Part shown: piece after piece, positions 48,539 through 57,840 of the stretch
How positions within the stretch are numbered: the first letter of the stretch is position 1
Layout: the number at the start of each line of letters is the position of its first letter
Source of the DNA: Chthoniobacterales bacterium
GTDB lineage: Bacteria; Verrucomicrobiota; Verrucomicrobiia; Chthoniobacterales; DASVRZ01
Length of the DNA: 64,000 bases
Assembly: GCA_038225185.1 (NCBI GenBank)
Contig: JBBRFA010000002.1
Location: 2,331-66,330 of the forward strand
Direction of reading: 5' to 3'
Notes under the pieces: model-generated
The model's input: only the letters and a program-made list of their open reading frames with translations
Databases searched by the model: none
What the model was told of the DNA's origin: nothing
Made by a program: the position numbers and the translations under genes

Positions 48539-48985
48539 TTATTTGGCAGCCGCGTCGCGGCGGTCGCGGATGTCGTCGTGCGCGGCCTCGACGACGGCGG
48601 CCTGTTCGAGCAGGATAATGCGAATGTTAGCAGGCATTTCTTCCTCCAGGGCAGAGCGATAAGTGCTTACGGCAAGGTCTTCTCCACGCTCGCATTCGGC
48701 GAGAATGGCATGATCGCCTCCGTCGGTAAACGCGGATTTAAGGTCGATCCAACCGCGATGAATGGCGCTGGCCACGCTGCTGGTTTTTTCGGGTTCCTCG
48801 CCGTGGCTGATGACCTGCTGCTGAAGATCGCCGGCAAATTTGGCGCGTTGCAGAGAGTATTTTGCGAAGAGCGTTTTAAGTTCGTGGTTTTTAACGTTTT
48901 CGGAGGCATCGCGAAAGCCATCCTGGCCGTCTTTGTTAATTTCGATCAAGTCGTTCAGGATGCCAAGTGTGGAGTCAGTTTTCAT
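48539..48985 (-). CDS. PA2169/DUF2383 family four-helix-bundle (ferritin-like) protein
   Basis: 148 aa. LNDLIEINKDGQDGFRDA...LAECERGEDLAVSTYRSAL pattern typical of this family. Confidence 0.65.
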   Translation of the reverse strand: MKTDSTLGILNDLIEINKDGQDGFRDASENVKNHELKTLFAKYSLQRAKFAGDLQQQVISHGEEPEKTSSVASAIHRGWIDLKSAFTDGGDHAILAECERGEDLAVSTYRSALEEEMPANIRIILLEQAAVVEAAHDDIRDRRDAAAK

Positions 48986-49100
48986 AAGTTGATAATGCTA
49001 ATGGTTGGAATGGATGAAAAACGTGGTGTGACGTTTTCCCGTGGACATCCATTGCATCGCATCCAGCTTGAAAACTGGTTGTCTTTTCTTTAACCAACCC

Positions 49101-49156
49101 GGAATGCGGAATGCGGAGACCGGAAAGCGGAGACAGGAGAGCGGAGACAGGAGAGC
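49101..49156. repeat. 8 x 7-nt tandem repeat GGA(A/G)NNC (ggaatgc ggaatgc ggagacc ggaaagc ggagaca ggagagc ggagaca ggagagc)
   Basis: Read directly from the sequence. Intergenic, 116-171 nt upstream of the minus-strand start at 48985 and 22 nt downstream of the stop at 49178. Confidence 0.9.
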
Positions 49157-49177
49157 CGTTTCGCTTTTTTCCAAACT

Positions 49178-49903
49178 TTAGGGAGTTTGGGTGGGGGATG
49201 GAGCTGTTTCCGGAGCTTCCACTTCTTTTTTGTCCGCTGGCACCACGGCGATGGCTTCCGGTTTTGGGAGACGTTCGATTTCGTTTTGCGCCTCGGCTGC
49301 CCAGAAACTGGCAGGGAAACGTTGCACGAGATTTTCGTAAAGTTCGCGTGCCTTGGTAATATCTTTGGCGTCGCGGGCAATGCGGGCCTGGCCAGATAAA
49401 GCGGCGGGTGCAGCTTCGGTGGCACCGTATTGCTGCGCGATGTTGGCGTAAGTCTGCCCTGCTTTTTCCAGGTCGCCTTTCAACTCCAGAGTGGCTGCAT
49501 AGCTCAGCCAGCCCTGCGCGATCAAGGGATGGTCGGCCGAGGAGGTGGTAAAATCGGACAACACCTTGATGGCGTCGTCCAGTTTGCCATCGTTGCGCAG
49601 ATGGTCGGCCAGAAGAAGCCGGGCGTTGCCAGCGACGATGGTGCCGGGGTATTTTGCGATGAGAGACTGCCAGTCGGCGGAGGTTTTGGCAGAATACAAG
49701 GCAGCGGTGATTTCCTTGGTTTTTTCAGTTTGCAAATAATTCCAGAAGACGAAAACGACGACTCCGGCAATTGCCAGCACGATGGCGGCGATGATTTTTC
49801 CTTTATGTTCATCAAAGAAAAAAGCGGTTTCGAGGTCGTTATTGGAATCGAAAATTTGCGAATCGGGCGGTGGACCTGCCGGTCCAGAAGTGGAATTAGC
49901 CAT
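49178..49903 (-). CDS. Membrane-anchored TPR-like protein (YfgM/UPF0070-like)
   Basis: Single TM helix (IIAAIVLAIAGVVVFVFW) followed by TPR-like helices. 12 nt downstream of cysK. Confidence 0.5.
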   Translation of the reverse strand: MANSTSGPAGPPPDSQIFDSNNDLETAFFFDEHKGKIIAAIVLAIAGVVVFVFWNYLQTEKTKEITAALYSAKTSADWQSLIAKYPGTIVAGNARLLLADHLRNDGKLDDAIKVLSDFTTSSADHPLIAQGWLSYAATLELKGDLEKAGQTYANIAQQYGATEAAPAALSGQARIARDAKDITKARELYENLVQRFPASFWAAEAQNEIERLPKPEAIAVVPADKKEVEAPETAPSPTQTP

Positions 49904-49915
49904 AATAAACTCGTT

Positions 49916-50875
<960 letters not shown>

Positions 50876-51006
50876 GAGATGTTTGTCGCGTTGACTGTTG
50901 AAGGTTTTTTAGTAAAGGGGAGAGCATCATTGCCATATTTCACTGGGAAGTTCAAGCTTCCTGTGTTTGGTAATGGTGTAAACATTCACCTTTCAATAAA
51001 AAAACC

Positions 51007-51291
51007 ATGTCTGACCTCATCGAAAAATCTGAACTCAAAGAATATCTCAAGCGCATTCCCGAATGGGATTTGGAGGGAAAAAAAATCGAACGTCTCTTTG
51101 AATTCGACGATTTCTCCGAATCCATCGACTTCGTCACTGGCGTTGCCGAAATCTCCGAGGAAATCGAACATCACCCCGACATCGATATCCGCTGGAACAA
51201 AGTCAAATTGATCCTCTCCACCCACAGTAAAGGTGGCTTGACCGATCTCGACTTCAAACTAGCCGAAAAAATCGATACGCTGGTCGAATAA
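51007..51291 (+). CDS. 4a-hydroxytetrahydrobiopterin dehydratase (PCD/DCoH)
   Basis: 94 aa. EHHPDIDIRWNKVKLILSTHSKGGLT is characteristic. Confidence 0.85.
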   Translation: MSDLIEKSELKEYLKRIPEWDLEGKKIERLFEFDDFSESIDFVTGVAEISEEIEHHPDIDIRWNKVKLILSTHSKGGLTDLDFKLAEKIDTLVE

Positions 51292-51325
51292 TCCAGGCGC
51301 TCGTCGCCGTCGTCTGTGAGTTTTT

Positions 51326-52585
51326 GTGATCCGGATTTCCTTTTTTCCCCGCCCTCACCGCGAGGAGCCGGGGAAACCTGCCCAGGCAGACAAACCTGCT
51401 CGCAGACCGGTTTTTCGTCATTATTTACTCACCGCACTTTTTAGTGGCTTGCTGGGTTTCGCTCTGGCCCGGAATCTCGGGCAGTTACCCGAAGCGCTTT
51501 TCGTGGAAAGAACATTTCGGGACTGGCTTGCCACCACCAATCACATCCCCGATTTACCAGCCATCCCGATTACCTTGGTGGAGATAGACGATCCAGCCGG
51601 GTGGACCATGCTGGATGTAACCCTTTTCCTGAAATCTCTCCCAACCGAAAATACCCCTGTCACCGTCATCGAGAATCTCCCCGCAGGCGGGCATCCAGCC
51701 TGGCTTCGTTCCTTCGAAGAGCTGGCCTTGAGGCAGCCACGGCTTCTCCTGCCGATTCGCCTCTCAAGGGATGATCCCGCCGATAACGCCTCTTACGACT
51801 GGTTGGAAAGTGGCGCAGCCAGACCCTCGCGGCACCGTGGCGAAAGGTATTTGTCCGTGTCGCAAAGCCCCGGCGAACTTCTGCTGGGCGTGGTGTCGGT
51901 GGGAGTGAGTAACCTTGCCTCCGAAACCCAGGCCGACACCGTGCCGCTGATTTTCTGGTTTAACGATCGCCCCGTGCCCTCTCTCGCCTTGCGGGCCGCG
52001 CTTCTGGCCCGAAAAATCTCAGTCGAAGCCATCCGCTGGAAAGCCACTTTGCTGATCGGGGCGCGTCCCGTTGCCACCAACCGGGATGGTTCTTTTTCCG
52101 TCGATTTTTCCTTTCTGCCCGGCATTAAACGCCTGGCGGCCTCGGATTTTCTTCTGCGTCTGGCAGATCGCAATTCGCCCGCTGTCACCTCCATCCCCGA
52201 TCAATCCCTCCAAGGCGTGCTCATCCTCGGTGATTCTTCATCAAAAAAGTTCAAAAATGCCAGCGGCGAATCGTTTTCGCGCGTGGAAGTCCTTGCCGCC
52301 GCTCTCGCCACATTGCTGAACGGCCCACGCTTGCGACCTTTGAGCGGAGTCGGCGGAATTGTGTTGTTTGGCGCATTGGTCTTGCTGCCGTGGTTTTTGC
52401 TTGGGAAAAATCGCGCGCTCCGCTTCATCGCGCTGGCCGGGGCGTTGGTGGTTTATTTACTGCTCGCAATTCATCTCGCAGGCAGTTTCGGCGTCGCCCT
52501 GCCCTTGGTGGTCCCGCTGGCCATTCTTCTCAGTGGCGCAATGGCCAGCGCTTTGTTAAGTGTTTTCCTGCGAAAAAAATCATGA
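51326..52585 (+). CDS. CHASE2-like membrane sensor-domain protein without output domain
   Basis: GTG start. One N-terminal TM helix. ERTFRDWLA...PITLVEIDD resembles the start of CHASE2. Three C-terminal TM helices, then the protein ends. Confidence 0.45.
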   Translation: MIRISFFPRPHREEPGKPAQADKPARRPVFRHYLLTALFSGLLGFALARNLGQLPEALFVERTFRDWLATTNHIPDLPAIPITLVEIDDPAGWTMLDVTLFLKSLPTENTPVTVIENLPAGGHPAWLRSFEELALRQPRLLLPIRLSRDDPADNASYDWLESGAARPSRHRGERYLSVSQSPGELLLGVVSVGVSNLASETQADTVPLIFWFNDRPVPSLALRAALLARKISVEAIRWKATLLIGARPVATNRDGSFSVDFSFLPGIKRLAASDFLLRLADRNSPAVTSIPDQSLQGVLILGDSSSKKFKNASGESFSRVEVLAAALATLLNGPRLRPLSGVGGIVLFGALVLLPWFLLGKNRALRFIALAGALVVYLLLAIHLAGSFGVALPLVVPLAILLSGAMASALLSVFLRKKS

Positions 52586-52788
52586 GCGACTTTACCTCCG
52601 ACGAAAGAATCACCGATCTCCAGGTCAAGTTTTCCTTTTTGGAAGAACACATCACCCAACAAGATCGCGAAATCCTCAAGCTCCGTTCCCAGGTGGAACG
52701 TCTCGCCTCCGATATCGAACGCCTCCAGGAAAGCCAGGAAGGTTCGGGATTCACCATTCGCCCCGACGAAAAACCGCCCCATTACTAA
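52582..52788 (+). CDS. slyX: SlyX family coiled-coil protein
   Basis: 68 aa. RITDLQVKFSFLEEHITQQDREILKLRSQVERL. ATGA overlap with the upstream stop. Confidence 0.65.
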   Translation: MSDFTSDERITDLQVKFSFLEEHITQQDREILKLRSQVERLASDIERLQESQEGSGFTIRPDEKPPHY

Positions 52789-52790
52789 CC

Positions 52791-53714
52791 ATGAGCGACT
52801 TTTTTGCCAATGGCTGGCTGGATCGTGTCCAAATCGGGCTTTTCAATCAGCAAAAAACCGATGCCTACCGCGTTTACACCGACCGCAACGCCTGGATCGA
52901 ACGCCTCGGGAATGACTATCTGATTTCGCATAAAGACGGCGCCGACCTGGCACAACTCCAGGCCGATCTCGTCGAATGGATCTCCTTCGCCGGGAGCGAT
53001 CTTCGGCGCATCTACGGACGTTATCTTGCCCGGCAAAACGAAGAACGCAAAGCGCCTGATCTCCTCCAGGGCGACCTCGCTTTGCCTGCCGAATCGGTCG
53101 TTCGCGAAAGCGGCCTTCTCTTCGGAATCGATTTTTCGGCAGGTTATTCCGTTGGCCTCTTCCTCGATCAACGCGCCAATCGCGCCCACCTCCGCGATTC
53201 TCCCCCGGCCCGCACCCTCAACACCTTCTCCTACACCTGCTCCTTTTCCGTGGTCGCAGCAGCCGCTGGCGGCAAAACCGTCAGCATCGATCTCTCTGCC
53301 AAATCCATTTCCCGTGGTAAAGCGAACTTTACCCTCAACTCCCTCTCCACCGAGGGGCACCGTTTTCTCGCCGACGACGCCCTCGAAGTCCTGCCCCGGC
53401 TTTCGCGCAAAAAAGAACTTTTCGATTGCATCATCCTCGATCCCCCGACCTTCTCGCGCGGCGCCAAAGGACGTAAATTCCAAGTCGAAGAAAATCTCGG
53501 CGATCTCCTGCATCTGGCTCTGGACCTGGCCGCCCCCCGAGCCAAAATCCTTCTCTCCACCAACTGCCACCGGCTCGATCAAGAGGCTCTCCTCCAAATC
53601 TCCCGCCACGAACTCCGCGTCGCCCAACGGCGCGCCGAATTTTTTTTCACCGACCCGCTCCCTGATTTCCCTCCCGGCGAAGGTGCCACCACCCTCTGGC
53701 TCCTGCTCGACTAA
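52791..53714 (+). CDS. Class I SAM-dependent methyltransferase, COG1092 (RlmI/RlmK-like rRNA methyltransferase)
   Basis: LNTFSYTCSFSVVAAAAGG..VSIDLS and FDCIILDPPTFS motifs. ATG at 52791 inside the listed ORF. Confidence 0.7.
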   Translation: MSDFFANGWLDRVQIGLFNQQKTDAYRVYTDRNAWIERLGNDYLISHKDGADLAQLQADLVEWISFAGSDLRRIYGRYLARQNEERKAPDLLQGDLALPAESVVRESGLLFGIDFSAGYSVGLFLDQRANRAHLRDSPPARTLNTFSYTCSFSVVAAAAGGKTVSIDLSAKSISRGKANFTLNSLSTEGHRFLADDALEVLPRLSRKKELFDCIILDPPTFSRGAKGRKFQVEENLGDLLHLALDLAAPRAKILLSTNCHRLDQEALLQISRHELRVAQRRAEFFFTDPLPDFPPGEGATTLWLLLD

Positions 53715-53741
53715 TCCACGAATGCACCGTATGCTTCCCAC

Positions 53742-54074
53742 ATGATTTCCGACCGCCTCGCCCATCTCCAAGCCAAGCTCGATTCCCTTCCTCAGCTCCC
53801 CGCTGAGACCCGCGCAGAAATCGAGCAACTTCTCGCCGGCCTCAAAACCGAAATCGCCGCCCTGCCCCAGGCACCCCTCGCCAGTGACGAAAGCATCTCC
53901 AGTCACGTCGAGGACGACTCCCACGACATCGTCGGCGACGCTAACACACCCGACTCCATCCAACTCAGCCTGGATCGCCTCACCGCCTCGGTCGAAGAAT
54001 TCGAGGCCTCCCATCCCGAATTGACCAGCACCGTTCAACGTCTCGCCACCGTGCTCTCCAATATGGGGATTTAA
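53742..54074 (+). CDS. DUF4404-like small acidic helical protein
   Basis: 110 aa with two helical segments and an ...LSNMGI terminus. Family assignment is from memory only. Confidence 0.4.
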   Translation: MISDRLAHLQAKLDSLPQLPAETRAEIEQLLAGLKTEIAALPQAPLASDESISSHVEDDSHDIVGDANTPDSIQLSLDRLTASVEEFEASHPELTSTVQRLATVLSNMGI

Positions 54075-54134
54075 CCACCTCCTCTTTCCGGTTGCGACAC
54101 CCACTGCTTCCCGCTAAAATTCATTTCGTTATTT

Positions 54135-54941
54135 ATGGCGCATCGATTCTTCAATAAAAAAAACGTTTCCCTCGCTCTCACTGCGCTCATTTTAGCCACT
54201 TCCACGGTTTCGCTCTCTGCCCAGGCCAAAAAACCGACTCCCACCCCGACCATTCCTCGCGCTTTACCTGTCGAAAAACCCAGGGAAAAAAAACCGGGCT
54301 TTTTCCAGCGCATTTTTAAAGGTAAACCCACCCCGACACCCGTCCCCACTGCCCGACCCGTCCCCACCGCCCGGCCCAAACCCGTCAAAAAGAAACCGCG
54401 CCCCACCCTCGCACCCCGGCCTTCCTCTGGCATTATCGATACGGACAAACTTGATAAAGCCATTCCCACGACTGCACTCCCCACGGCACTCCCCGATGCC
54501 CTGCCTCCTCTCGACGATGCAGAGGAAACCTCCGCCCTGCCTCCCACGCCTGCCCCGGTTTCGCCCGAAGTGCTCACCAACCCTCTCAATCAACCCATCC
54601 CATTCATAGGCGATGCCGCCTCCGCGCCCGCCAGTTCCTCTCCCGAACCGGCCGCCGCCGCTCTCGAACGCCAGACCCTTCGCCGCATTCAATTCCGCAA
54701 AGTTCGCGCCCAAGCCCATCAGCAACCTCCAGTCCAGGAACTCAAAACCAAAGCCGACGCAGCCACATCCCCCGCCGACCGCATCGCCGCGCTTAAACTC
54801 TATTATCCCAAACTTTTTTCCTCCATGCGCATACTTGACGAATCGCTCTCCGTCGAAATCGACGAAATGGAGGCCGCCGCCCGCCGCCGGATCGAACGTC
54901 TCGAATCCGAGGGCGTCTCCTCCGCTCCTCCCGAAAATTGA
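54135..54941 (+). CDS. Hypothetical secreted proline-rich protein
   Basis: Signal peptide ...STVSLSAQA. KPTPTPT / PVPTARPVPTARP repeats. Helical C-terminal ~90 aa. Confidence 0.5.
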   Translation: MAHRFFNKKNVSLALTALILATSTVSLSAQAKKPTPTPTIPRALPVEKPREKKPGFFQRIFKGKPTPTPVPTARPVPTARPKPVKKKPRPTLAPRPSSGIIDTDKLDKAIPTTALPTALPDALPPLDDAEETSALPPTPAPVSPEVLTNPLNQPIPFIGDAASAPASSSPEPAAAALERQTLRRIQFRKVRAQAHQQPPVQELKTKADAATSPADRIAALKLYYPKLFSSMRILDESLSVEIDEMEAAARRRIERLESEGVSSAPPEN

Positions 54942-54997
54942 TGCAGCCAGCTTGATCGGCAGTTCCGTTCCCAAGGGTGCCGTCCCCAGCTTTGTTT

Positions 54998-56152
54998 ATG
55001 AAAAAACGCATCCTCGTCGTCTCCACCAGCGCCGGCTCCGGGCACGTGCGCGCCGGGGAAGCTCTCGCCCGCGCGTTTGCCGCGCATCCCGACACCGCCG
55101 AAGTCATCCACGAGGACGCCCTCAAATATACCAACAAACTTTTCAGCGATTTTTACTCCAAATTTTATTTCACCCTGGTCGAATCGGCCCCGAATTTCCT
55201 CGGCTGGTGGTATAAACAAAGCGACGAACCATGGAAGACCGACGCCATGCGCCACGCCCTCGACCGGCTCAACACCGGCCCCCTCGTCAAATTCATCTCC
55301 GATTTCCAGCCCGATATCACCGTCTGCACCCATTTTATGCCCGCCGGGATCATTTCCCATCTCATCACCGAGAAAAAACTTCCCACCCATCTCTCCATCG
55401 TGGTCACCGATTTCGATTTCCACGCCATGTGGTTGTCGCGTGTTTTTCACCGCTACTTCGTCGCCCTCGAGGAGACGCGGGCGCATCTCGAATTATTGGG
55501 CCTGCCAATCGAACGGGTCACCGTCTCCGGGATTCCAATCGACCCGGCGTTTTCCGAGGTTTACGATCAGAAAGCACTGCGGATGGAACTCGGGCTGCGA
55601 CCCAATCTGCCCACTTTCCTCGTCTCCGCCGGCGCCCTCGGCAAAGGCCCGGCGGAAGCTATTGTCGAGGGCATCCTGCGCATGAGGCACGAGGTGCAGG
55701 CCATCGTGCTTTGTGGAAAAAATGAGGAACTCCAGGAAAGCGTGCGCGCTCTGCTGGAAGATCGCGCCCAGTTTGCAATCCTCGGTTACACCGACCGAAT
55801 GCACCATTGGATGGCTGCCTCGGACCTTTTCATCGGCAAACCAGGCGGGCTGACCACCGCCGAGGCGCTGGCCTCCAAGCTGCCCATGGTGATTGTCTCG
55901 CCCATTCCCGGCCAGGAGGAACGCAATAGCGATCATTTGCTCGAAGAGGGCATCGCCATCAAAATCAACGATCTCCTGCTCCTGCCCTACAAACTCGACG
56001 CCCTGCTCGACGATCCCGCGAGACTGGCCCGGATGCGGGTTAACACCGCCCGCCTTTCTCATCCACAGGCGGCGGCCACCGTGGTCCATACCCTTATGGC
56101 GGATAATCTGGAGCTGGCAGTGTCGGCGGAAATCGAGGACGGCAACGACTAG
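54998..56152 (+). CDS. MGDG-synthase-like / UgtP-like diacylglycerol glycosyltransferase (GT28)
   Basis: MKKRILVVSTSAGSGHVRAGEAL and KPGGLTTAEALASKLPMVIVSPIPGQEERN. Confidence 0.75.
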   Translation: MKKRILVVSTSAGSGHVRAGEALARAFAAHPDTAEVIHEDALKYTNKLFSDFYSKFYFTLVESAPNFLGWWYKQSDEPWKTDAMRHALDRLNTGPLVKFISDFQPDITVCTHFMPAGIISHLITEKKLPTHLSIVVTDFDFHAMWLSRVFHRYFVALEETRAHLELLGLPIERVTVSGIPIDPAFSEVYDQKALRMELGLRPNLPTFLVSAGALGKGPAEAIVEGILRMRHEVQAIVLCGKNEELQESVRALLEDRAQFAILGYTDRMHHWMAASDLFIGKPGGLTTAEALASKLPMVIVSPIPGQEERNSDHLLEEGIAIKINDLLLLPYKLDALLDDPARLARMRVNTARLSHPQAAATVVHTLMADNLELAVSAEIEDGND

Positions 56153-56175
56153 CCCATTGGGGGGAATGCGCGGGC

Positions 56176-57669
56176 ATGGAACGGAAGACATCATTTTTCT
56201 GGGGAGTGGCCACCTCCGCCTATCAGGCCGAGGGCGGCTACAACGGCACGGGCGAACCCCGCACCAACTGGGCGGTGGCAGAGGAGCGTGGCGACGTGAT
56301 TCCTCTGGGCAAATCGGCGGATTTTCTGCATCATTACGAGCAGGATTTTGCCCTCTGCCGTTCTCTCGGGCTTAACGCGTTTCGCCTCGGCATCGAGTGG
56401 AGCCGGTTGCAGCCGCAAGCCGGCGCCGGTCTGGATGAGGCTGCCCTGGAGACCTACGCGCAAGTGCTCGCCGCCTGCCGCGACGCCGGGCTGGAGCCAG
56501 TGCTCACCCTCCATCATTTCACCCACCCGGAATGGCTTGGCCCCGATCCCTGGCTGGGCGAGGAAATCATCCCGCTTTTTACCGGGTTTGTCATCGGGGC
56601 ACTCGGCTGGCTGAATCATCGGCTGGCCGCCCTGGGGCATAGCCCGGTCCAGTGGCTCATCACCATCAACGAACCCAACATGCTGGTGCTCAACAGCTAT
56701 TTCGGACGCCAGTTTCCCGCCCGGGCACGGGGCGGCTTTGCCACCAGCCTGCGGGCCTACGACAGTCTCATCGCCGCTCACGTCCGCGCCTACCATGCCA
56801 TTCACCAGCTTTATCAGGAAAACGGCTGGGCCAGGCCGCAGGTCACGGTGAACAACTATTGCAGCGATCTTTATTGGTCGGATAAATTTCTGCTCGATCT
56901 GTTGGCCATTCGTGAACGCGGGATCGCCGATCAGAATCTCGCCTCCTATCTCTATCAAAAATCCACCGAGTTCGATCTTGCCTTCCATGCCGCACGCATC
57001 CCGCTGCGAAAAACCCTCACCTGGCTCTTTGGCGCACTCGTCAAACGTGTTAGTAAAGTGCTCGGGCGCATGACTTTTGGCAAAGCCCATTTTCCGCTGG
57101 CTCTGCGCGAAATCGCCGACGGACCCTCCGCGCGCACTTTCGATTACATCGGACTCGATTACTACGATCCGTTTGCCGCGCACGCCTTCCGCATCCCCGT
57201 GTGGTGGGATCACGAATTCAAATCCAAATCCTTCCACGCCTGGATCATGGCCAGCATCACCAGCAAATGGTGGGATTGGCGGGTGCTCGCGCCGGGGCTG
57301 CATTTTTTCTGCACCTATTATTCGGCAGATTTGCACGGACGCGAAGTTTTGATCGCGGAGAACGGCATGGCGATTCGGCGCAAGTGGTCGAATCGTGAGA
57401 CGCGGCGGCGGGACCGGGTGACGCGGAGTCAATTTCTGGAAATGCATGTGGCCGAGGTGCGACGCATTTGCGCGGAGGGTTGTCCGCTGATCGGATACCT
57501 GCATTGGTCGCTCTTTGATAATTACGAATGGGGCAGTTACACCCCGCGTTTTGGATTGTATGCGCTCGATTTCGGAAGCGGCACGGAGCGCCAGGCGAGA
57601 TCGCCCGACGGAGATTCGCCCGCCGAAACCTACGCACGCCTCATCGCAAAAGACGCGGACCCAGATTAA
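56176..57669 (+). CDS. Glycoside hydrolase family 1 (beta-glucosidase-like)
   Basis: FFWGVATSAYQAEGG, the acid/base TINEPN and the nucleophile IAENGMA. Confidence 0.8.
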   Translation: MERKTSFFWGVATSAYQAEGGYNGTGEPRTNWAVAEERGDVIPLGKSADFLHHYEQDFALCRSLGLNAFRLGIEWSRLQPQAGAGLDEAALETYAQVLAACRDAGLEPVLTLHHFTHPEWLGPDPWLGEEIIPLFTGFVIGALGWLNHRLAALGHSPVQWLITINEPNMLVLNSYFGRQFPARARGGFATSLRAYDSLIAAHVRAYHAIHQLYQENGWARPQVTVNNYCSDLYWSDKFLLDLLAIRERGIADQNLASYLYQKSTEFDLAFHAARIPLRKTLTWLFGALVKRVSKVLGRMTFGKAHFPLALREIADGPSARTFDYIGLDYYDPFAAHAFRIPVWWDHEFKSKSFHAWIMASITSKWWDWRVLAPGLHFFCTYYSADLHGREVLIAENGMAIRRKWSNRETRRRDRVTRSQFLEMHVAEVRRICAEGCPLIGYLHWSLFDNYEWGSYTPRFGLYALDFGSGTERQARSPDGDSPAETYARLIAKDADPD

Positions 57670-57840
57670 TGGAAACGGCGACAAGATCTCGCCCCCCGCC
57701 TGCTTTTCTCGAAAACAGCACTTGAACATCACGTGGAACGCACGTTTGTTCGGAAATGGTAAAACTATCCCGCGCCAGATGTTTCGCCGCCGCAGTTAGT
57801 TTAAACCGGTGCCCAGCCCCAAACCCGTAGCGGAGACACC

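Noticed and set aside
49090-49425. ORFs of 111 aa (minus strand) and 82 aa (plus strand, 49111-49359) covering the heptamer repeat. I also considered the repeat as a possible CRISPR-like array.
   Set aside because: The ORF translations are repeat-derived and overlap the 3' end of a better gene. The repeat units are 7 nt with no spacers, so it is not a CRISPR array.
52581-52803. Identical 13-nt start contexts catgagcgacttt at slyX (52581) and the methyltransferase (52790), both encoding MSDF.
   Set aside because: By rough expectation, a 13-mer match within 64 kb is not statistically remarkable, and nothing beyond the 13 nt is shared.
52785-54104. 439-aa minus-strand ORF antisense to the methyltransferase and the DUF4404-like gene. 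Similar long antisense ORFs lie at 56191-57732 (opposite GH1), 58318-60999 and 60972-61742 (opposite RND/MFP), and 20349-21050 (opposite lpdA).
   Set aside because: All are Gly/Glu/Asp/Ala-rich translations lacking motifs, opposite genes with strong family signatures. They are typical antisense open frames in GC-rich DNA.
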